Position numbers and translations under genes: made by a program. A stretch of 60,171 nucleotides of DNA, filler included, from Bipalium vagum (taxonomy: Eukaryota), in assembly GCA_037834085.1 (NCBI GenBank). It is 3 parts of 3 records of this genome, joined end to end, with 100 filler letters (N's around TTAATTAATTAA, not from the genome) between each part and the next. Parts side by side here need not be neighbours in the genome. Positions count along the whole stretch, not along the records: positions 26,332 to 43,364 come from JBBMKC010081363.1; positions 43,465 to 60,171 come from JBBMKC010097189.1; 1 more part is not named here. One strand, 5' to 3'. Position 1 is the first letter of the stretch; every line of letters starts with the position of its first letter. Below are positions 39,250-52,410 of this stretch, piece after piece. The notes under the pieces were generated by a model. The model was not told the DNA's origin and ran no database searches. It saw only the letters and a program-made list of their open reading frames with translations.

Positions 39250-39802
39250 TATAAATTTCCAAGAACAACATTGGCAACTAAAGAGGGTTGACTTTTTCCA
39301 ACTCTGTTAATGAATATTGCTAATCCTTGAGTAATCACCATATCTTTGACTTTTTCACGGTCTGTATTTTTTATTAACCTTTTCAACATCGTTGGCTTTA
39401 AACAAACATTTTTCGGAGATTGATTTGTAAACCATTGGATGATCTTTCATTTCCATTTCTTCTACATATCTCATTATTTGTAATTTCTTCTCTAAAGATA
39501 TTTCACCTCTTGTACTTATATGAGTCAATATTCTCCACAAAAGATATTAATAAAAAAGAAAAGTGTTAAAACAATAAAAATTCAAATGTTAATCACAATG
39601 TTAACCTTCGAATATTAAAACGAATTTAATTCCTTTGCGATATTTTATTTACGTATTGGTTAAAATTTTGATTTATTATTAATCGATTTTCATAATAGAC
39701 GAATTTATATTAAATTATCTAATAGATAATTGGGAAATATTCATTAGGTTCATAATATGCAAATTCCATATTAGACCAATTCATATTAGCCGAACAATCC
39801 TG
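39250..39802 (-). mobile_element. Second Tigger/pogo-like 5' portion
   Basis: (rc) TA-CAGGATTGTTCGGCTAATATGAA terminus with repeated CTAATATG; RGEISLEKKLQIMRYVE (psq-type HTH start). Confidence 0.65.
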
Positions 39803-42247
39803 TATTTACTTTATACACGCCCCGCATATAAAAGGGTGCTCACTCCTTTATTACAAATGGTCGATCATTCAAACTTAAAACCCTGGAGTGTTTCATTTAA
39901 ACATTAATTAACACATCACAATTTATCAAAAGTATATTATTCTCAAGGTAAAATAATGCCGTTTATTTTTGTTAATGTAATCATAATAAATATAATTTTT
40001 ATAATTATTAGTACTTGCTGAACTTTATTGATTAAGAAATAATGAAAAAATAAAAATAAACAAAAAATTCATTTTTATGAAAATAAATCAAACCAAATTC
40101 GTGCCATTTCAATAACGAAGCCTCTTATTCACCTTACTGAATTATAATTATCATCTTCGTTTTCATCATTATTATTAATATTACTTTTATTATTATTTAT
40201 TATTTATTATTTATTATTAATATTATTACTATTATTATTATTTATTATTATAATTATTATTATTATTATCAATTTTTGAAATGTATTGTTTTAATTACGA
40301 TAACAAGTTTCTAATTGGTCTTGAACCAACTTCCAAAGGTTCGTAAATTGACATAAATATTAACTTGTGTCATTATTTAGAAGAAATGTCTTTCTTCTGT
40401 GGTCACAATTGGTCACCAAAACCGGTCATCTATAAGATTCTACAAAAAAGCTTTGACAGGTTTCCAAGCGTCTTGGCGCATGATGTGATCTAATCTGCCT
40501 TTTGATCATACATTCATATTTTCTCAAGTGTCGATTAGAGGCTTCTTTTGAAGGTCGAATCGTCAAAGATTAATTGAATGCAAACCAGATTATAATCAGT
40601 GTCTCCATTTCAAATCTTTTATCAAATGTACACCTTCCTGTTCAATGTGACAAATTATCTTTGGTTTTGTATTGGTAATATTAAGCCCCATTATTCGGTG
40701 ATGCGGGAGTTCAACCCCTGAATTGTAATTGGCGTTGAAATGAGAATTTTAAAATAATTTAAGAATAAAAACATTTTTAAAAGTATGCGGATTTGTTTTA
40801 AATAAGGTTTCAAGAATTGATTAAACGACGGAAAATTTTTTATTAATTAAAATTTATGGAAAAACCGGTTTTCTTTTGTTTAAAACCGTAAAGAAAAGCG
40901 GCGTGACTTTGAATAAAGAGTGAAGTTTCTCTTTTTGTCAAGAAAGTTATAATTACAACAAGAGAACCGTAAAAGTTTCAGAAAATGATTTTAATGAGAA
41001 ATAACGAATTTGGAACTAATTCTTATTTTTGACAAAAAACCCCCCTCACGATTACAGGTAATGATATAACTGTAGAGCTCCCATTAAAAATCTGTGTGCT
41101 TCCTCGACGTCCAATAAAAATAAAGTGTTTGTGTTTTGAATTTGTCCTTCATTTATTCCGTTGAGCAAAGGTTGTAAGAAATGACTCACCATTTTCAGCG
41201 ATTTATATTGGGCCAGACAAATGAATCGAAGTTCATCTGCAAGATTTAATATTAACTCATCTCATTCCAGAATTCAAGAGGGCAAAGATAAAAGTGTATA
41301 ATAGTTCATGTAGGACCTATTGAGACTATGTTTAAGTTTCATAAAAATTAAAAAAAATTTGAGATGAAATTTTGAAGAAAAAGAAATGCAAGTCAATCGA
41401 TTTGCAATTGAAATTTGATGTCTCTTCAGTGATTTAAATCGATTTATATTTAGTATAATCTTCAAATGAAGTGTAAATTTCACTCCAAACGGGCCTTCCC
41501 AAAGGGGCTTATGGAATGAAATGGGTTAAATAAATAAACAAATTTTATTATTTTTCTTTAAAAAAATTTTTCTTCTACAAATAATTCTTTTTTCAAAATT
41601 TAAATCTATTTTAAATTTAATTTTTAAAAAATGGAATAAACGGTTTAAAGAGTCTTTTCTTAAAAAACCCCTTTTGACATTTTTATAAAGGTAACGATGG
41701 ACAATTTTATAAATAAATAATGTTTTTGATTTTTAATTAAAAATTATTTTTTGCACCGTTGTCTTAAATCAGTACATTTTTTGTTTTTTAAAAATAGTTT
41801 TTCATATGAAAATTATCACCATTTCTAATATTTTTATGAGATTACCAGGACTTGTAGATTGGAGCCGAACAACGATTATCTGTTGGCAAATCTTAACGAA
41901 AGTTGGGAGAAAATATAATACTGATTAAATATTTGATAAAGACAGATATTTAATGAGAGGAAAGGGAGAAAAAATCCGGCTCAAAAATATATAATGGAAC
42001 ATATTTGCATAAATTCTCTTAAAATTAAAATTATTAAAATTAAATTATTAAAATAGTAATTAAATTAATTTCTTGAAATTAAAATATTAAAATCAAATTA
42101 TAAAAATTAAACTATTTAAATATTAATTATATTAAAATTTTAAAATTAAAAAATTATTAAAATTGTAAAATTATTTTAAAACTAAAAATTATAATATTAA
42201 CATTTAAAAATTATACTAAAATCAAATTACTAAAAATAAAATATATA

Positions 42248-42490
42248 TTAAAATTAAAATAATAAAATTAAAATAATAAAATTAAAATATTAAAATTAAA
42301 ATATTAAAATTTAAATATTAAAATTTAAATATTAAAATTAAAATATTAAAATTTAAATAATAAAATTTAAATAATAAAACTAAAATATTAAAATTAAAAT
42401 AATAAAATTAAAATATTAAAATTAAAATATTAAAATTAAAATATTAAAATTAAAATATTAAAATTAAAATATTAAGATTAAAATATTAAA
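42248..42490. repeat. 14-bp A/T tandem repeat (TAAAATTAAAATAT variants)
   Basis: Successive near-identical 14-mers, preceded by a more degenerate version from ~42020. Confidence 0.9.
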
Positions 42491-43364
42491 ATATAAATGT
42501 CATATGAGTTTATAAAATGCTTATAAAACCTTTTTTTGTAAAATAATTAAATTTCTAACTAATTATTTAAGTATTAGAATTTAGATAAATCAATTTAAAA
42601 TTAGATAAAATCACAGAATGTCAATTTGTAGCGCTTAATAGTTAAAAGCTGTAAAGATTAAATTTAAAAACTAATTTTTAAAAAATTATAAATTTTAAGT
42701 GTAATGAATGAAACATAATCGTCAATTAAAAATTAAATACATTATTGATTTTTAAATTAAGTAATTAGTTAATCTCATAATTATAATTATTAATTATCGA
42801 TTAAAAGTAAATGATTTATCTAAGCATTAAATAAAGGCAATACACTTTTGAACTTATAAATTTTTTTCCTTGAAATCAATGTCGAGCAGAAGGAAACTAT
42901 TCTAGTCCGAGAAAAAGTACGAGCATGCAGTGCAAGGAAGACAATCCCCAAAACAAATGACTTGATTGGGGACTTCCAATTTTTAACGTTACACATTCCG
43001 AGTACCTCCTGATTCGTTCAATGCTATATTTCTTAAATGGAAAAACATTTGGTTCTTTAGACTATTCTAATATTTCTGGATCAATTCTGCATCAGTGAGA
43101 TCAAATTTTCCAAGAAGGAATTTGGGAAACCACCAACGGGTAGTTGATTCTGCTAAATAACCATCTCCGCATTTAAAAATAATAACTTTTATAAGTAAAT
43201 TCGTAATAAAATTGTAATATAATCATCGTTTAAATATACAAATAATTTTTATCATTTAAATCAAAAATTCAAATAATAATAATTATCATGACATCCATTA
43301 TTTTTAAACAATACCTTCTCTGCTTTGACCGCGAAATGCAGAAACAAAATCGCAAAGTCCTTCT

Positions 43365-43464
43365 NNNNNNNNNNNNNNNNNNNNNNNNNNNNNNNNNNNN
43401 NNNNNNNNTTAATTAATTAANNNNNNNNNNNNNNNNNNNNNNNNNNNNNNNNNNNNNNNNNNNN
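43365..43464. other. Artificial 100-bp scaffold gap spacer
   Basis: 44 N + TTAATTAATTAA + 44 N, identical in form to 26232-26331. Confidence 0.97.
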
Positions 43465-43524
<60 letters not shown>

Positions 43525-43540
43525 TATTATTATTATTATT
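43465..43540. repeat. (TTA)n microsatellite at a contig edge
   Basis: TTA run directly after the gap. Confidence 0.95.
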
Positions 43541-45384
43541 AACAATAAAATCTATCCATCGCATTGAAAAGTAACATTAAACATCAGTTTCTAAAAAGCA
43601 ACTAATATTTTAGATCTAAAAATAGAATTTTAATTATAGATCAAGAATAATATTTTTATAATTTATAATCAAATTTTTTATGGTTAAATAAATTACACTT
43701 TTTAATGAATATTAATTTAATTTTAATTTTATCTTGTATATGTAAAGAAAAACAAATTAGTTTCTAATTGACAATATCGAATATTTAATAGTCTTATTTT
43801 TCAAACAGTTTCACTTTATTATACAAAGCAAGTTAAAACAATAATTTTTTTTATTAATTTTATAATTAATTTTGATAATTATAATTATAATTGATTCATA
43901 TTTCAATTATTTTATTTTAAAAAGAAAACGAAATTTATTATTTGCTTTTTTGACTATTTTAATAGATTTTATCAGTTTATTTTTAAAAATTACATTTAAT
44001 TTTTCTCTTAGGAATTTTAGAGAAATTTGTTAGAATGGTGACAAGATTTTGATTTGGGAATTTATTTCATGTGTAAACTCTTGAATGTAGAGTGTAGGCT
44101 AATCTTTTTATGTATTACTTTTAACCATGTCCTGGTCTTCTTTCGTAATTTTCTGGTTTTGTAATGGGTTGCTTTTATTATTAATCGATACCGTGCGAAA
44201 TTTCTTGTAAATATATAATTCGCTGTTATTAAAATTTAAAAAACGAGATTTCCAAGTCAGCTTCATTTGTTTCTCAAAACTAGAAACAAGAATCTGAAAA
44301 AATTCCCAATAAATGTTTAATGGGCTAGGAAATATCTATAACCCTAATTCATTCAGTATTTTTCATGGTTGTGTTCCTCATTTCCCTTTAACCTTCAATA
44401 AGTCGGCACAACAAGTCTAAAAATTTATGTAATCGAAAACAGATCTCTAGGTCACAATAATTATTCAATAGTTACTGCAATCACTGAACAGTCATAAATG
44501 TCACCGTAAGAAAAAATTGATTAAACAAAGTATGTCATCAATCAAAATTCAGGAAAATAGCAAAAATAAAAAATAATGATAATAACCGATCGCAATGTGA
44601 ATGAAAACAAAAATAAAAGTAAAAATAAGCAAACAATTACCACGAAATAAAAAACCCTTTAACTTAAAACACGAAGAAACTGAGCCCCAATTCCGATCGT
44701 AATGGTTGCTCACCAACAGTTCTACTACACTTTGGGCTTAACCATGATCCACGATTAAGCTAACATTATTATTGGTATTTATCTACTTTAACATTTTCTA
44801 ATTGTCAAATATGCAGAATTTTTGTCTACCTTCGCTAATCTTTTCGTATGAATTTTTGTTACATTTAATTTTTCGTCAAGGTTCCTCTACACTTTTGTCA
44901 GAGACAAATAACCACATTCGGGAGCTTCTTTTATATTTGAGCATACCAACTGCCTGACCAATCTGGTCACCGTGATAAAAACCTTTGAGGGACATAATCT
45001 GTTTCTCTCAATTTCTCATTTTCTGAGCACTCGAAAATAAATAGACTTTTTCGATATGTTCTAACTACTTAACATCGGTATTAGTACATAAAGTAAATCT
45101 GATTGGTAATTTTAGCTACTAGTTAATAACTATATTTCTTATTAATATCATTATTTTTATTTTTAATATCATTACAATCATCATTATTCTTATGCATTAT
45201 TGATTACTATTACTATTACTATCATCATTACTAAGACTCTTGACAGTCATACTTTATCAAATAAAAGTAAAAACAATAACTTTTTATTCCATGATACCTC
45301 AGGTATGATAATTTTTAACTACAATGTCAGTCAATTTTGATTTTGATATCATTATTGAAATATTCTTATCTAATTTTTATAGTA

Positions 45385-45660
45385 TTAGGTTTTTTCAAAA
45401 GTAATGTAGTTTTTATAGTTAATATTAATTTGAATATAGATTTGTTTTACTATATTAAAATCATTAAAAATTTGGCGACTTTATGAAATATGCGTATTTA
45501 ATACTTTTGTATTAGAAATTTAATAACAAACATAAAATTTGTAAAAATTGTAAATGGAGTGACACTGTTGAACATAATGATGAATACGTTTGATTTATAA
45601 ATATGTTAGGTTAATCATCAAATTTTGTACAAAAACGATATTACTTTTGACATCATCTAA
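45385..45660 (+). mobile_element. Mariner-derived MITE
   Basis: TA-flanked TIRs TTAGGTTTTTTCAAAAGTAATGTAGTTTTT vs (rc) TTAGATGATGTCAAAAGTAATATCGTTTTT; internal KWSDTVEHNDEYV* resembles the mariner C-terminus. Confidence 0.8.
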
Positions 45661-47114
45661 TAATTGACATTTTTCATATTGTCATCACGACCAGTGCTCA
45701 TAATAATCAATGAAGTGTTCGATTCTTTATTAACTTTGTTCAATGAATAAAATTTATACTTTAATTACTTAATGATTACCATATGATATTATTGAGATTT
45801 CGGTGAAATTCCGTTAGAGCTTCTTTGAATTGCGTTGAGATTTGCTTCATATTAATTAGTTGTTTAAGTGTCTAGAAATGGTTAATTTTAAGTGTTATAA
45901 GGTTTCTTGAAGCAATTTGACGGATGAGTCTCTAATAGGTCTCTCTAATATTTTCGCTCATTTAACTTCTTAAGAGAAAGATTTCAAGTTTGAGTGGCAG
46001 AGGTTTTTTATATTTTATTTTACAATATTGATGTTTAGATTATGATTATTTGATATTTTTCAAAAAGATTTCTCATACTTAGCATTCTGTAGGGTTCCAT
46101 TCAACTGATTATTATTAAAAATATGGCGAGGATTTTTAGATTCAAACAAGAGAGATCATATTAAGAATCATTAAATTAAAATATAATCTTATATATAAAT
46201 TTTAAAATATTCTGAACCTATTCTTAAAATATTGCACTAAATATTTGAAGAAATATAAGCCTAAATTAAATATTGGTTTTCTTTCCCTTTCAATCATATA
46301 CACGAATGATTGCTTGGCAAATCCCTATCAATCTCTGACTTTGATTAAGCCAATTACGTTGATAAATCCTACTCTTCGGCTGGGGAACATCAGAGAGATA
46401 AAAACCGATAATTTATACCGAAATTTCAGGTCGATTATTAAAGGAAAATTAATTAAGATATTAATTAAAATAATTCATAAGTATAAAAATTTATTTTATT
46501 CAAACTCCATTAAAAATAACTTATTAAAGGTTAGGCGGGCTCTGGATAAATTGTTGCCATAACACAACGTTTATGAGAGCAAAACCAGTCATAAATTATT
46601 ATCAAACGATTTCCAACATAAATTCGAAAATATAAATAAAAAAAATAATTTTTCACTCTGCTAAGGATGTATTTGGTGGTTTCATTTGTTATTCAGGAAA
46701 AACTTTTCCATTGGGTTCATCGGCTTTACAGTACGAAAGAATTATACAGCAAACATTCAACTGTTTTTTTAGCAAAAATAAATAGCAATTAAATTTTCCA
46801 TCTTTTTTCTTTAGCAAAGTCATAATAATATATAAAAATAGAAATCTATTGTTAATGTCATTTGGCTTTCTATGACAATTATATTATTATCCACATTAGT
46901 TTTTTAATACTAAAATCCATGATCTTACAACTACTTTAAATAATACCAATAAATATTTTGGTGTACCAGGGTGACTCAAAATTCTCATGTTTTTATGAGA
47001 AAATTTTATTATTATTATTATTATTTATTATTAGCTTTTTTATTATTATATATTATTTTATTATTATTATTTATTTTATTTTAATGCAAAACATTTCTAA
47101 CACAAATTATGTTA

Positions 47115-47500
47115 TTCCTCAAAATATATTCCATCGTTTTCGATGACTTAAAATCATCTTTCTGCCAATTGAGAAATCCCATGTCAATACCATTCAGACG
47201 TCTTAGAGGCGATAAATTCGGCAATTCAAGTCTTAAACTCATTCTCTGAACTTAAGCATTTCCCTCGTAAAAATTGAGACAGAGACCAAAACAAATAAAA
47301 GTCAGAATGGAAAAAGTCCGGGCTAATGATGGTGAAGGATGATTTCGATGCCCTGTAGTTCTGATTCACAATACTTAGCTTATGAACTATAGCAATCCTG
47401 TCATGTTGCAGGATTGGTCTGCTGCGATTCAATAGTGCTGGGCAGCTATTGCGCTGTGTTTTCCTTGAAAAAATCTTTGCCTCCCACATCAAAGCTGCCG
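47115..47500 (-). mobile_element. Mariner transposase C-terminal relic
   Basis: PALLNRSRPILQHD, SPDFFHSDFYLFWSLSQFLRGK, EFIASKTSEWY*HGISQLAE. Confidence 0.88.
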
Positions 47501-48500
47501 CTGTTAGGTTTTTCTTCAGTAATTTCTTAATAATACTCTACTGTTTTTTCATCAATCATTCTAAAGTAAAAAAATAATATAATCGAATCTAGAAATATTG
47601 TATTTTAAAGCTTACATACATTCAGTTTTTCAGTAGTTTTAAAATGATACGAATTTTTTAATGTAAATCTAAAATTTAAATTATGTGGTTAAAGAAATAC
47701 TCAAACTAATAAAATGAAAAACTTTTGGCATAATAAAAATAACATTGAAAGGTGAAAACAAATTGCGATTACGACCATCAATTTTAAACTGGTGTAATTT
47801 TATATCAATGTTTGTTAATTGAAATGATAACCTTTGAATTGTACACCTTTTCCAAAGGAAAAAGCTATGCGTTTATTCCAGTTGACATTTTGAAGGTAGT
47901 TTCGGATTTTTCGAAGTCATTAAATAAGTTTTAACAGTTGGAAAATTTCAAATTGTGTAGCATATAGTTCTCTAGTTTCTTCACGTCTCAAACTTACTTA
48001 ATAAATTCAAAACAACATTCAATTCCTTTTCAATTCCATGATTGTTTATACGTGGTTCAGCTTTCAGTTTTGGTTAGAATTAGAAATACACTATGTGGAC
48101 AAGGAATATTTATGATTTTATTTTATTTATATTAATAGTAATTTTAACGAAGAAACTTTTTAATGAATTATATAAAAATATTATAATATAATTGAATAAT
48201 AATAAAATAAAACAAAAATAAAATAATACATTATATAAAACAAAATTATTTTTTAAATTTTTTTTAAGTGTCGTTTACTGTATTTTTAACATTTACGAAT
48301 GCTTTTTCATAAAACGCAAAATCTTTGAGATACAAAAATGCTTACTTATAAATAACATTGGTAGGATTACTAGAAGCAGAACAGTTAATCTGAACAGTAT
48401 CGTGCTCGGAAAACTGAAAAAATGAACGTCTTGGAGAAACGTCGATCTTCACATTAACAACATCTAAAATAATAAAAATTTTATTAATAAAAAATAAATG

Positions 48501-48535
<35 letters not shown>

Positions 48536-51500
48536 TAGATGATGAAAAAAATTTAAATATAAAGAAATAATACTATTATTTATACTGAAGAATATTTTAC
48601 ATTTAAGTACTAGTTTTAATAAAAACCGAAATATTTAAAAATAATATCATATATTATTGTTGATGGCATCATGTTATTTCATTTTTTCTATTTCAAGTTA
48701 TAATTATTGAAATCCCGAATTTAGTTGTAAAATTAATAGTGACTATGTCCACCAACGAGTCTTATCTTTTAATCAAATATTTTAATAATATATAAAGGTA
48801 TCCAAAACTCTTTAGTAATTCATTTAATTATCAACTTTACATTCATATTTAGTTCAAAAAATGATTGATTCATATGTTGAGTGTGGCTTTTTAAAGCTCA
48901 TTTTGTACCCTTTGGGTAATGTTAATCCATCTGATTTTTAGTCTTCCATAATGATGCAGCATAAACTGTCCGATATTCACTTTTATTCAATAGATATCTT
49001 CAAACATTACATTTACATTTTTGCGTCCGAAGATACTGAACTATTCAGAGATGGAATTCATTAGTTCCTTTTAGTATGGCTTAAAATTGCAATGATTTTC
49101 TGGACATTTTTTCTTTCCTCTCAAAATTAATGAATTAGTTTACGAAATATCTTTCTAATTATCTTGTGCACCTAACCTTCAGTTTTCAGATTGGCCAGAT
49201 ATCCTAAAATCAGACTATTATACGAAGTCTTCAAGAATATTTTGAGATTAATTAGTTTATAACATTTCCTTAATTTTTCTGTTTGACCAAATGCTTTTTC
49301 AAAAATATTAATAAATTGTAACATAAGATAAAGTTAAATTCACCGAGCTTTTCTTTTATATGAAGCTGAATGTATGAATATTTCAAAACAAAAAAATGTC
49401 CAAAGTCCTTTTATTAGGTTACCCAGTATCAATATAGAATAAATAGTGTAGATCTTCACTTGAAAAATCGATTTATTTATTTTTTATTTTTATTTATTTC
49501 AATTGAAAATTGATGATTTAGGATTTACAATATTACTCCAGTATCCGTATCACAATCAGCTTATGGTGGGTTTGAGACCAGTAAACGAAAATTATAAAGA
49601 TCTTTTATTATTAAATTATTATTCCAGTGACCCAGAATCGCATATTTCTTTCTAAAATAACTGAAAACCAAACATACAAATTGATTTCGAACGAAACCGA
49701 TGGGAAATTGTAGTTGAAAGTGACTGGAGCCAAAGATCAAATAAATCCAGAAGCAATTAATTTCAGTCATGATAGATAAAGCTTGTCTCTGAAGAATTGG
49801 TGAGATTATGATAACAGATTTGTTGGTAAAATGCGATTTTATCTACCGATGTATTTATTCTCTTTTTCTGTCATTTATTTTAATAAATTTGACATTCACT
49901 TTTGCTGCCAAATTACATTTAAATTTATAAAATCCTTTATGTACAAATTTCCATAATAAAAGCTATTTTTGTAAAAATATAAATTGTAAGAAAAATCGCA
50001 TAATTTTTTTACAAAAATAAAAATTAATTAAGTACAGTAATATATTTATTTATTTTAAAATTTGAAATTGTACCATCATGTGAAAGATTATATTGTTTGG
50101 TATATAAAAAGGATAAATATAAGATATAATTCAAGATATCAGAATATGTTTATAAATATTATTTTTGAAAAATCCATACAATATATATATGCAAGTAGTT
50201 TATTTAAACAAATGAATAAATTTTCTTTATTACATTTATTTAAAAAAGGCTCACTTTCAATGTATATACCTAATAAATATTTTTGAAAAATAATTAATTT
50301 CATAATAACATTATATTTAATTTTTTTTTGAAAAGAATTTTTAAAATTTCATTTTTCTTTTTTAGTTTTTAACTATGGATCATACATGACCGAGGCATAA
50401 TTTAGACTGTACAAGAATTAGATGCTATCCAGACTTTATCGAGGGCAATTATCATTTAAAAAATTCTGTTACTTAAAATTTTTAATTTAATATTCGGAAT
50501 TTTTCAAATAGCAAATCCAGAAAATTTAATCATAATTTTATTTTTCTTTATTAGTTTAAAACAAATAATTTTCAGAATTATAAATTTATTTAAAATTTAA
50601 ATATAAAAATAATAAATAAAAATAATGGGCATTAATATATTTTAGGAATTATCATGTCCAATAAAATATAATAAAATGAAAATGACGTAATGAACAAAAA
50701 ACAATTTTAACAATATTAATTTTAAAATGTTAATAAAAATCCAATTTGTAGACAATATTAGCTGATTTCAAGAGTTAGTTTATCAATTTTCTGACCGTTT
50801 ATATAAGGTGAAACATATGTACCATTAACAGTATAATTTGTTATGGTGGTTTCTACTCTCTTGGAAGTTTTAAAATTGGTTACTATGATATTTTAATCAG
50901 TATATATATAACGAAGAATTTGATTTGATATTAAAGACTATATTTTATTAGAAGCTCCTGAAAATATACTCAAAATATTTTAACTGAAGGAAATAATCTG
51001 AGTCACATCGATATCACATATCTTTCTTTACACCCAATAAAAACGAACCTTTAGAACCGCCTAAATAGACTGTATAAGGAACCAAAATGAACAGCTAAAA
51101 ATATTTGAAGAAGAGTAAATTATAGATCAAACCTTGTTCCAAGTAATTATTTTTATTTGATGAAACTTCAGGAATATTATTACTACGTATTACTACCAAC
51201 TCTTTGTAAAAGAAACTATAAGTTTTACTGATAAAACTGATTAGAGATAAGTTAATTAAAATCAACAATTATTTTTATGTAGATCTACAAAACAGAAATC
51301 CTTAAGTGTATCATGAAGACATCACTAAATCTTATTTTCTGGTCACCTCAGAGAAACTTTTACAATATTCCTAATTTCGTGGTCCTCACAACTTTTCTTT
51401 TTAGACCTTTTGCAATCATATTACTTTTAGAAAATATAAAAATATAAGTAAAGCAGAAACATGAATGTTTCTTGTTCCCAATGAAACAAAAATAATTTTA

Positions 51501-52238
51501 TTGTTCTTAAATGTCCCCTTACTTAAATGAAAAAATTAAAAATTAGACATTTTTTTAATTTTCACAAGACATTAAAGATTGGAGAAAGATTAAATCAATA
51601 ATGACATTCAATGAGAAAATTATTAATCGAAAAAATTCATTCATTAAAATATTATGCTTCAACTAAAATTTGAAAAAAGACATTTATTTTATAAACATTT
51701 GTTCAATTTATTAAAGAATAATATTTTGGAAAATTTTTCATTTATTTTCTAATTTTTTAAAACCGGATTTTCTTATTTTTTCAATATTTATTAATTTATT
51801 AGAAGTCAGAATTGGGAAGCTATCATTTCATGAATATAAAAATTTCAAATAAAGATTAAATTTATATTGGATGATGTTATTTCAATTAAACAAACTTAAA
51901 AATCAAATGAAATCACTGAAATAATTGAAGAGTTATTGATGATAATTTAATGAATTTTATTTTATAAAAATTTTGTATTGGCCATTGGAAATGTCGAATT
52001 TTTTAAAATTAATAAAGAAATGACACTAAATAAACACATTACATAATTTATAATAAACTTAAGAAATAATTTCTGTTTAAAATTTTGAAGTAAAATAAAA
52101 CATTTTATATTAAAAATTAATATAGCAATTTGAGGCAAAAAATTGATATTAAAGGTAATTAATATTTTTAAAGAAAAAAATCTATATTTTTAAGCAATAT
52201 TAGAAACCTTGTTTATTTTAAGTACACAAGGTTTATTT

Positions 52239-52410
52239 ATTCAATAAAATGGCCTTCAGTGTCAATTACAGCTTCAAGACGGCTTCTGAAAAGCTTATAA
52301 GCCGCGATCAAATGGTTTTTGTTCATATTTATCATTAAAAAAACTTATAGAAGCCCGTAATGAATCTTTGGTGTTATGAGGATGTTTGTTCGCCCCCTCT
52401 ATTAGAACGA
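52239..52410 (-). mobile_element. DD37D/maT-type transposase C-terminal relic
   Basis: ANKHPHNTKDSLRASI and MNKNHLIAAYKLFRSRLEAVIDTEGHFIE*. Confidence 0.85.

Noticed and set aside
40658-40705. TCTTTGGTT miR-9-like seed
   Set aside because: The similarity ends after 9 nt and there is no star arm
42248-42490. Tandem array considered as CRISPR-like or telomeric
   Set aside because: No unique spacers and almost pure A/T; an ordinary minisatellite in a eukaryotic context
46245-46562. 105-aa ORF
   Set aside because: Non-ATG start, composition dominated by AT-rich codons (K, I, N, L), and no recognisable domain
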